Shown here: piece by piece, positions 40,501-50,577 of the stretch | Layout of the letters: every line of letters starts with the position of its first letter | Position numbering within the stretch: position 1 is the stretch's first letter | Assembly (NCBI GenBank): GCA_020891255.1 | Contig: BQFW01000004.1 | Span: forward strand, 1,488,001-1,552,000 | DNA length: 64,000 nucleotides | Origin: Entomortierella parvispora E1425 | Lineage: Eukaryota; Fungi; Mortierellomycota | Reading direction: 5' to 3' | Made by a program: the position numbers and the translations under genes | Notes under the pieces: model-generated | Databases searched by the model: none | Told to the model about the DNA's origin: nothing | The model's input: the letters and a program-made list of their open reading frames with translations, nothing else

Positions 40501-42499
40501 AACATAGTTCAAAGACGAAGCAAAGAAGGACATTAAATGGGACAAAAAAGACGGTCAACCAGCCATATCATGGTTCCAGGCTCACAACACAGGACAATTC
40601 GCAGACTTCGTCTCACCAAAAGTCATGGCTAGATTTGTCGGCGTCACCGAGAAGGATCTTTTTCTGTTTTTATCACCTCCTCCGAAAAGCATTTTCGCGA
40701 AAGAAAAGGACCAATTCGATGAAGTCTCCGCTACCGAAGACCATGCTGGACCTTCATCCTCATGCGGCATGGAAGGAGCGGCTGGCATATCAACCACAGT
40801 TGAAGACCATGCTGGAACGTCATCCCCAAGGAGCACGGAGGGTACGGCTACCACAGTGACCAATGTCGACTTTGTATTGTCATCCCAGTCAACCGCCAAA
40901 GTTGAGTTTGCGGCATCTTCTGGCAATGACAATCAGGAGGTCTTGAGCAACGTTTTGGACAAAATATTCACACCAACTGGCAAGACAAAGCAAAAGGCGC
41001 GATCCGATTATATTTTGAGCAAGAAGGGTTGGTTCATCACTCAGCTTCTATATGACCGAGGCAAGACCGACTCGAACAAGGAGCTTAGGCGCAACGAAAA
41101 GGGATTCAGACGTAATGATGGATATGGCCGTAAAGTCCGCCTTGGCAGCGAAAAAAAATCTCATGACAGACCCTTGGAGCTTCGGACAGAGTTCAAGACC
41201 AATGGCCTGGTCTTACAGCTTGTTGCCACGGACTCTAGGTACCCTAAAAAGGCGAAGTCAAAATATCGATACCATGACGACGAAGAGGAGGAGGAGGACA
41301 TTCTGGAGCAGGAGGACCACGTAGAAGAGATCAGCGATGAGGACCAAAAGATCGTCAATAGGATCATTCGGGAAGATGCACAGTACGCCAGAGATCCTCA
41401 TATTATCCAAGGTCATTACAAGCATAAACATGCTGGAAGGTCAGAGGTGACGGACAAGGACGTGAAGTATCGAAAGGAAAACGATATTGTCTTTACACAG
41501 TCAGGATACGAATGCGACCTGTCCGCTCGGTCGGAGCTGTTGGCCAACGCCAGCCAACTGACGTTCCCCACATCGCTAAAGAAGGTTATCGGGATCGATC
41601 TCGGAGAGATTGTCACGGCGGCGGCGTGTCTTCTCGACAAGGACAATCCAAACTCCCGATACGCCAAAACGATAAAGAGGTCATACCTCTATGAGCCGTC
41701 CTGGAGATTCACACGACTTCTACGCTCCACAAAGGCAGCAAATTTTATTGACATTCTGGAATCCAAAACTCCGTCCAGGAAACACGGGGGTGTGCTCGAT
41801 TATTTCAACTACCAGGGAAGGTCAGCCCAGGAAGTCCTGCAAGAGCATTTTGCGAGTGATGCAAAAGCACTTGAAGCAATCTCCAGGCCAGAGAAGGAGA
41901 ACGTCTTGGAAGGTTCTGTCAGAGAAGTACTGTTCAGATTCTATCATTCCAAGTGGATGTTGAAGAAGAGTTGGGACGCCCGAAAAGCATCAACTCAGGC
42001 ACTCGATATCGCAGTCAATGCTATCATCAGTCTTGCGGGGATCAACAACGAGTCGGAAGCCCAAGTCATTTTCGCAATCGGTTTAGCAGTGTTCCGCAGC
42101 GGGTTCGGGCCCTCGTCTAAACACCTAATACTCTTGAAAAAACTGGTGAAAAAGGTAAGGTCTCTTTTCATGTTTACTAGTTGAACTTCCAGAAATAAGG
42201 TCACTTGTACTTATTGCAGCCTCGAACGATTTTAGATTCGAGAAGCTGGGCACATTGCTGTAGGTGTGCACGAGTACTACACGAGTAGCAAGTGCCCACG
42301 AGAGAACTGCAATCTATTTCTCAAAGATAAGGGGAATCGGAGCAAGTTCTGCTCAGGCTGCAATGTGTACTTTGACCGCGACCAAGTCGGGTCTGAGAAC
42401 ATTGCCAGGGTGTGCGTGGCCTTCCTAAACGGACTTGAGCGACCAGCAAAATACAAGCCCGCGCCGCCCGCACCAGCACCAGCAGCCTCCTCTTCATGA
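37527..42499 (+). CDS. XPG/FEN1-type PIN nuclease fused to Fanzor (TnpB-like RuvC + Zn finger), 4 exons, 1,565 aa
   Basis: Exons 37527-39208, 39306-40410, 40508-42154, 42236-42499 total 4,698 nt, in frame with GT-AG introns. N-terminal motifs: MGC..L, YDV, HIDGGPSLAK..KR, GEAD, KDSDLLV, NDY..N..IG. C-terminal motifs: TNGLVLQL, VIGIDLG, VIFAIG, VHEYYTS, CPRENC..CSGC, FDRDQVGSENIA. Confidence 0.87.
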
Positions 42500-43005
42500 G
42501 CGCCACCAAAAAACTTTCGGGGCCTGGCAAGCCCAACACAATTTGTAAGTCACCAATGCGTTTTTATTATTGGTTGCCATTCAAATATTCAAAACCAGTC
42601 ATTAATCTCTGCCCTTTTTTCAGACAAATTCACTCCAGATACTGTAGTTGGCGAGATAGTCCAGGTCGATCCATGTTTCGAACCGGTATAAGGAATCAGA
42701 AATTGGACACCGATGGGTGTCAAGAGGGTCCTATGGAGCCGTGGTCCAAGGATTATCAAGAAGGGTCTTGTGCGCATGTAGGATTATATAGAGAATACCC
42801 CCAAGGATTTAAGAAAGAAAAAAACAACAACAGGGCGTAGGCTGAAGCCCTTTGCCCCTTCACGCCTTCCGCATCAGTGTAGCACTCGTGTGGTGCATTG
42901 GCAACTTAGGACATGTCTTTTGCATTCTCAAGACGCGACCAGACTCTGGCAATTGTGCCTCCCCTTTGTCAATGACACATTGTGAGCGTTGCATTCCACA
43001 ATGGT
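42500..43005 (+). ncRNA. Candidate omega-RNA (Fanzor guide scaffold) region, unverified
   Basis: Lies immediately 3' of the Fanzor-like ORF. Short hairpins: GGGC/GCCC 42520-42534, GACACC-gatg-GGTGTC 42706-42721, AGGGC/GCCCT 42832-42851, CATTGTG/CACAATG 42978-43003. The call rests mainly on position. Confidence 0.3.
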
Positions 43006-43006
43006 T

Positions 43007-46000
43007 CTATTTATTGACTGTTCCCGCTCTTTTTCGAGTCTTGAATACTCCTAAGGGAGAGAATGGACTGGACCCGGAAGACAAGGGTGCTGCCGATCCA
43101 GAAAGAGGTCGCGATGGACTAGTGTTGGTATGTTCCTCCTTTGACACTATTTCTTGCGGCAATGGTGACAGTGGTGGCGGCGGCAAGCTTTGCTGTTGCT
43201 GTTTGAGCTCCCTTTCCTGCTTTTCTTTCTCCTTTTCTTTTTCTTGAGCTGCAGCTTTGGAGTCCATAGACTCTGCCGTGACCGCAATCAGCTTTTGAAC
43301 AGAGTGTCTCCTGAGCTTGATCATCAATGCAGTCTCCAGTAGCGGCTTCGGTCCCAGGATATCCAGAGGGATGTGCAAGATGTACGCCAACAATTCTGAG
43401 CTGGTTGGACACTTGTTCAACAAGTGATCCCGACACAGCTGCAAAATGGCCAATCCAACTCTGAAGAGTGCTTTGCAACCATCAAAGTAAAAAATGTCCC
43501 AGACGCGCAAGACGGACGCCCATGGCAGACTCATGGTAAAGAGAGTCATAAACCATTGAGTCATGTACATCAGAGGGATCACGTCATTCTTTTGCAAGTG
43601 GTCCGCAAGCACAGGGTCCTGATCCTTGAGGAGTCGTTCAAAAACCTGGGCATCGATCCGTAGTTGTCGCAGTGTGGGCGTGTAGTAATCCTGCATGTAG
43701 CCCTCAATCGTCGCCACCAGCAGCCAAAATGCATCCTCGACCGGCATTTGCATCAACATCATTCCGACCAATCGTCCCATGCCCTGGCAGTACCCAACAC
43801 TTGGCTTGTAATGAGCGTACGCCTTCAGGACTGCATGCAAGTCCTGCTGACCGGTTCCGCCCATCCCGTCCCGAAAGTGAACATGATCCGGGTAGCACCG
43901 ATGGATGTCTCTTTCAATCACCTCGTGGATTGGCAAAGCCTCGCGCTTTTGCAATTCTTCAAAGAGTCCAGGTTGTCTGTAAAAATCAGCCTTGGCCAAG
44001 AACAGCCACACTCGACCTCGCACAGATGTTGGTACGCCTCTCCTGATTAGTTTCTTGTACTATAGGTTCATTAAAAGGTTCAGACATGTGGGACCGTTAG
44101 AACCCAAAGCATGAGGTATTGGTTACAAAATTAAACGTCAATAATTCTAGACAAATACAATGGGTCTTACTTTGGTTGAGCGTCTCACGTTATCTGCGTT
44201 CAGTCGAGTGGCGGCATGGATCCATTTGAGCTCATTTTCACGATTGAGCTTTTGTTTTCTTATCACCTTCTTTCGGTCCTGGTCCGAAGCGGTCGACACG
44301 TTTGAGCCAAGTCCATCAATGCCAACAGAAGAGCCGTTGCCAGTGAGATCCTGTCCCTGGTTCATTTCATCATCCAGGTCATAAATGAAGCCGTAGTCGT
44401 TCACGAAAAGTCTTGAGCCTGCGCCATTGTTGGAGCCGATATCATCCTCGTCCCCGCCGTCCTCATCATGATCATCATGATAGTCTGTTTCTGCGCCATC
44501 AAAGTCGTCTCCGTCCTCTCCATTCTCATCCAGCGTTGGCACAAAATATCGTCCCGGGGCAATTCCACCTTCAATTCCATGACCAAGTATATGGGGGTTC
44601 CTGGTATCCTCAACTGAATGAGCAGAGCTTCTCCTTGGAAGCCCAAACCAATTCTTGGATCGATGCTTCTGAGGGTTTGAGCTCTCTGACGACGTTGACA
44701 TGACTTGCGAGATCGAGGACATTGTCTGCTGAGACTGATAGTGTTGCTGGCCCTGAGGCAATCCTGGCCAAGATTTCGTGGTAATAAAACTACTTATGGT
44801 ATGTGCCGTCGCCTCACTGGTCCTGCGTTGTCGTTGTGGTCGCACTGTCCGCTCCCCTGGCTCTGCGGCCCTTGGGGGTACTTTATCCAAGGACTCGTTC
44901 AATTTCTGTCGCATATTCGAGTCAGAGTGCAGTGCAGGTCCAGAGTTGGATCTTTGTCTTTGTTCAGATTTCACCCAAGGTCGAAGTCGATCGAACCTGG
45001 ACATGATGGGCGATGATGATGTTGGTCCTGGTGAGATAGGTCTGCTCTGTTCCATCGACAGAGGGACTTCAATCTTTGGTCCATTTTCTTTCACGGATCG
45101 ACTACGCGGTCTCCCGAAGATTCCATGCTTGGACTTTGGCTTTTCTTTATCCGTGTTGCTTTCTGTGGTCGAAAGAGCAAAGCTCACTCCAGTCGCCGAG
45201 GATCTTGCTAGAGACAAATTGTCAATATCGTTTTTCATGACAGCCTCCGACGAAGCTCGTGGGCGACTTGGAACTTTGGTGACAGAGGTCTGTGTGACAG
45301 AGTTTTGCACGACAGGGGCCTGGGTGGTAGGTGTTTGAGCGACCTCTGGAGACATCTGCACCACTGTCAGATCGACTTCCTTTGATCCATGGTCCGCATA
45401 CAGTCCAGCGTTTGGTGCCATAGTAAAGCCAGCCTTTTGGAGGACGTGATGTGTTTTCGACCGAATGTCTTCCAAGACCGAGTGCAAGTAATGATCATGT
45501 TCGTGATGATTTCGTTGATCCTGCTCGTGCTCTTGCTGCAGTTGTGCTCCAGGGTCCTCAAGAGACTGGCGCCTGCTATATCGTGCTTGATTTTTGGCGG
45601 GAATAGGCGTGACTGGTCTGCTCGATGGTGTAGCCTCATTCCTGATGACGCCAGTGCCCTCATGACTTTGCTGAAACGGTACAGGAGAGCTTGCTCTTGA
45701 GGAAACCGAGTTGTTGGAGGAGGAAGGTGTGGATCGCTGAGGTCGTGGAGCAGTGTCCAGGCGGTCCTGTGTAGTAGGGTCCGTTGAGCGATGTGATAAA
45801 GAATTAGTGGTGGGGATCGATAATGAGCCGCTATTTTGATCCCGAAAAGAGGTTATAGACGACATTGAGGACTTTGTTCCTATTGAGACGCCTGCAGTCG
45901 ATAGGCGAGGTTGGGTATCCTGAGAACCTTTAGTCGAAGATTGCCGTGACGATGATCGGGGTGGGATCACTGGCGCGGTTGAGTGCTGGGGCGCTGGTGG

Positions 46001-47049
46001 TGACGACAAGACTTGTCTTCTTCCCACGGTCACTCCGCCGACGGTCGACACCACTTTCAGGTTCTCTTCGCTCATCAGCTTCCTAGGCCCTGCTCTTTCA
46101 GAGGCGTCCGAGTCCATCGCCATAGCGGACATCAGGGTGTGTCGAGACAGCACTGTGAGCGCAGGCGAGACTTCTTCATCCCACGTTGAGCTGATTTTGA
46201 TGATCTTTGGTGGCATCAGGCTTGCACTCCCGTCAGGTGTAGCACGATTCTTGTTCTCTGAAGCAATTGAAGTCGCTGAGCTCGCCCTTGATCGGTTTTT
46301 TGGCCGCAAAAGGGGCGGTTCTTGCTCTGAAATAGATGTCGATGGTATTGTGGCGTCAGTTGATGAAGAAGGCGTGGACGTTGTTGATGAGGTAAAGTCG
46401 ACTGCTGATTCCTGAAATCGTCCCACGACGCCTTCGCAGTACCCCTGGATCGATAAATGGGGATTGTAATTGATTAACACAGAGAGTCAAAGGCATGCGC
46501 TGGAGAGTACACGCAAAGGTTGAGTGGAGCCTTTGAAGATCAAAGAGCAGTGAGAGCAGATGTTGACACAACTATTCTTACCATGCAAAGGCCGCCGCCG
46601 ATGCGCTCCAGTAACACAACTTCCTCGCCTGTTGGGAAATGATACAAAAGAAAGTTTTGTCTTGTTAAGTAACGTGGATTGGATGCAAAGTGCGCGTTGA
46701 CAAAGGAGGACGGTTCAGCGAGTGGACGTTCAAGGTGAAGAGAGGAGATCAGGATCACGCAGCAAAAAATAAAATAAAATTGCTGGTCGTACACAGGGCC
46801 CGTAGCAAGGCTACAGTTGTAGAGCTCAACAGGAAGCTCTCCGTGTGTCATCCACAGCGACAAGAGGCGAAGGAAAAAGGGAAGGGGCTAGTAGCCTGTG
46901 TGCAACATGAAGGAAGAGATAGATGACGCACCAGCCATAAACATCAAGTCCTGGTCATTCTCGGCAGAGACGTTGTGCAAAGCGGTTCCTCGGGCAAGGC
47001 CTTGTGTAGGGGGTGCCTCTGCTGGCACAGACACGGTTGTGGAAGTCAT
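43007..47049 (-). CDS. TBC (Rab-GAP, TBC1D10-like) protein with N-terminal degenerate SH3 domain
   Basis: FVNDYGF, KKLIRRGVPTSVRGRVW, IERDIHRCYPDH, YCQGMGRL, YMTQWFMTLF, LRVWDIFYFDG. Spliced N-terminus ARGTALHNVSAENDQDLMFMA|GEEVVLLERIGGGLCM|GYCEGVVGRFQESAVDF. Confidence 0.9.
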
Positions 47050-47940
47050 TGACGCGGATTCTGTTGCTGCTAGTGCAAGGGCTGCAGGGGTAAAAAAAGA
47101 AGCGATCGTTTCGTTTGTTTGTCAGGTGTCCAGTCCGTGTGCAAAGAATGTCACAGCAAAAAAAAGAAGACATGCGCCTCCATCAATAGGAGGGCCAGGC
47201 ACATGGGGTTCCCTTACTGGCAGGGCACATGGCATTGTCCTTGACCAAGAAGCTAGGGTCGGTTGAGATAGGCGTGCGGAGAACACACAGACACACTGAG
47301 GGGTCCTCCTGGTATTGATTAAGCTTAAGAATGGGCCAACGTGAGGATGGGATGGAAGGTGTCTCTGCAAGAATGCAGGAGGAATTAGGCCGACAGAGAT
47401 GGGAAGTAGGAGGGGACTAGACGGAGGGGGTGATGAGAGATGAAGAGAGATGCTGGAAGGGATAGAGAAAGGGAGTAAAGAAGGAAAGAGAAAAAGGGCC
47501 ATGAAGGGGGAATGAATGCATCCAAGCTTCAAATCGCATGTGATCAGCACAGTTGCAACACCCCAACCACCCACCAATTACGCATCGCTCCCATAGGACT
47601 CCGATCGTTAATTGAACAGATCGCCACCAGGCCAGCACGCGTTGGTCGTTCGTTCGGGGTTGCACACTTTGGACTTTTTTTTTTCTTTTGTCCCCTTCTT
47701 CGCTTTCCTTCGTTCCTTGACTCGAACTCTGCAGGAGGCCCCCCTCTTCTTTCTCTCCCTCCTACTGTCTGTGTTTGGTTTCCTTATTTTTTTATTTTTT
47801 CATATTTTTTTACTTCACTTTACTTCAATGGTTCAAGCTGAACGAGAATGAGAAAAAAAATGTGTTTAGATGAAGAAGAGTCCATTCATCCGCAGGATAG
47901 AGAAGCAAAATAAAAAAAAGGGATCTCGGATCTTCGTTTT

Positions 47941-49898
47941 TTAATGCGTCTTCTTGTCCTTGAGAGCCTTGAGTCCCTCCTCAACACGACGTCCCCACTC
48001 GGGGTCTGCCCTGTTGAAGATGGCGATCTGGCGCTTGACGATCTCCTGGTTCTTGACATTTTTGATGTGACCGACAATGTTTGAAATGAGATCGTCTTGC
48101 TCTTTGCCCTTCAGCAGGCGGTACAGGTTACCGGGCTGGAGAAAATCATTCTCAGTGACACGAGGACCGTAGCGACCAGTCTTGCCATGCAGCAAGACTG
48201 GCGAGTACTTGGCACGAACATCATGCAATTGCTGCACAGGTCCTTCGGGATTCTGTGACTGGGGCTCATAGTTGGGCTCACCGTTAAAGTTCTGGGAGTA
48301 CGTAGCAGGTCCATCACGCTGATTGTTCGAGACGCGGGCGCGGTAGGGCTGGTTGATGGGCAACTGCAAGTAGTTGGCACCGAGACGGTGACGGTGGGTG
48401 TCGGGGTAAGAGAACAGACGACCCTGCAACATCTTGTCGTTCGAGACATCAATGCCGGGAACCATGTGCGAAGGCGAGAATGCGGCTTGCTCAACCTCAG
48501 CAAAGTAGTTGGCAGGGTTGCGGTTCAAGACCATCTTTCCAATCTTTTGAAGGGGGTAGTCTGCATGTGGCCAGACCTTGGTGACATCAAAGACGTTCCA
48601 CTTGTAATTGGCAGCGTCAGCTTCCTTCATGACCTGAAGTGAAACGGTCCAAGAGGGGAAGTCGCCCTTGTCGATGGCATCAAACAGATCCTCGGTGGAG
48701 CTGTCGGGGTTGGTAGCGTCCAAATGAGCAGCCTCATCTGCCCTCAGGTTCTTGATGCCCTGGTCGGTCTTGAAGTGCCACTTGACAAGATGGGCCTCAC
48801 CTTGGGCATTGACGAGCTTGAGTGTGTGAGACGAGAAACCATCCATGTGGCGGTAGCCGGCGGGAGTACCGCGGTTACTCATAAGGATGGTGACCTGGTG
48901 CAAAGACTCAGGCGAAAGTGAAAGGAAGTCCCAGAAGGCATCGGCATCCTTCAAGTTGGTCTTAGGGTTGCGCTTCTGGGTGTGGATAAAGTCTGGGAAC
49001 TTGAGGGGGTCGCGACTGTAAGAGCAGAGAAATGATGGGCGTGAGTAAAGGACTGAAGAAAGTTGGCGCTTTGTCCCTTCTCGTGACATTTGCAGATTTG
49101 CAGGAGAGCTTACATGAAAAAGACTGGGGTGTTGTTTCCAACCATGTCCCAGTTACCTTCTTCGGTGTAGAACTTGACGGCAAAGCCACGGGGGTCACGA
49201 GCAGAGTCACTGGAGCCCTTCTCGCCTCCGACGGTGGAGAAGCGAGCAAAGATGGGAGTCTTGGTACCGGGCTTTTGAAGGAAGTGGGCCGACGTCAGCT
49301 TGGTCAGGTCCGCGGTGACCTCTACGTATTCGGAGGACAAAGGACAAATAAGGGAAGGGAGTGAGCACCAGTGTCACCAGTGTCATTGTTCGTTCATTCC
49401 ATGTAGTCCCCGTTCTATCACTATGACGACTATGTAAAACCCATTCGGAGCAAACAACTGGTGCCTGTTGCCACCAAAAAATCCGGTTGCGCAGTCTGTT
49501 GGCTTCTTCAAATATCGCACACTCACTCACTCAGATTCCTTCCATAGGCAACAGCTGACTCGTTTCATGACTTACCAAAATATCCGTGCGCTCCGGCACC
49601 CTTGGCATGAACGACACGCTCTGGGATGCGCTCTCGGTCAAAGTGCGCAAGCTTGTCGATGAGGTGGAAGTCCTGGATAAGGATAGGACCGAACTCACCG
49701 GCAGTCAACGAGTTTTGGTTGTCGTCCACAGGGTTACCTATTGAGGCAATTTGTAGGATGAGCGTGCGAACAAGAAGTAAAAAAAGTAGAGTGCGCAGAC
49801 GGGGAGAATATGAAAAAGCTAGGCGCTAACCTACCGTTGGATGTGGTCAACACATGGCTACTGGGCGTAGCGAGGATGGTAGGGGCAGAGTGGACCAT
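47941..49898 (-). CDS. CAT: Monofunctional small-subunit heme catalase
   Basis: LTTSNG|[59 protein letters not shown]|[18 protein letters not shown]. Confidence 0.98.
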
Positions 49899-50577
49899 GG
49901 TGAGGAAATATACAAGGAGTGGTCGGTGGTCTCGATATGTACAAGGGGATGAAGAGAGGAAAGATGAAAAGAGTGAAGGATGTGAAGAAGAGAGGCATCC
50001 GAGGGAAAAAGAATCGCACGCCTTTTATACGTCTCACTGACACAGCGGCATAGCACGCTCGATTCCCGCGTCAGAATCTGCCCCACCCACCACATGGCTC
50101 GGACCGAAAGACCGAGGTGCATATTGCACAATAGTGTCATCTCGGAGGAACAGGACCAAGGGCAGACAAACGCACGCATTGTTGTTCCCACACTCCCTCG
50201 CACTCCCTCGCTTGCTCTTCCCACCCACCCACCCACAACCCCAGCTGGTCAAGACAGTCAACAAGAGCAGTTCGTGTTCGTGTTTTGTCTTTCTTGCCCT
50301 TCTTCTTGTTTACTCCGTGGCGGGCGTGTCGTTGGGCGACTATGATTGTACCATTTATGTCCAGGATGACCGTTGTATTCGTCCTGTTGTGTATGCATAC
50401 ACACGCACCCTCACGCACATACACACCCAAGCAACAGTTAGCACACTGGAGGTAGACATTCGATAATCACTTCCTCTCGCTCGGCTTCCAGATTTTAAAA
50501 GATATAGTCAGTACGACATCATCGCATCAAAGATAGAGGCGCCATCTCTCTTTTATTCCGTCCTAGACATCTACTCT

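Larger units (their letters stand above)
35187..43005 (+). mobile_element. Putative relic or domesticated Crypton-associated Fanzor element (ends undefined)
   Basis: A Crypton-like fragment and a Fanzor-like gene sit co-oriented between the housekeeping genes POX1 and TBC. No convincing termini or TSD were found. Confidence 0.4.

Noticed and set aside
36792-42905. Possible inverted termini: GTTGCCAA + GCACCACAC (36792-36847) versus GTGTGGTGC + TTGGCAAC (42888-42905)
   Set aside because: Only 8- and 9-nt matches, separated by 39 nt on the left but 1 nt on the right. This is compatible with chance, and Cryptons lack TIRs.
34850-43014. CTATTTAT direct repeat flanking the accessory block as a possible TSD
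   Set aside because: The right copy (43007-43014) is the stop codon and last codons of the TBC gene, and AT-rich 8-mers are common here.
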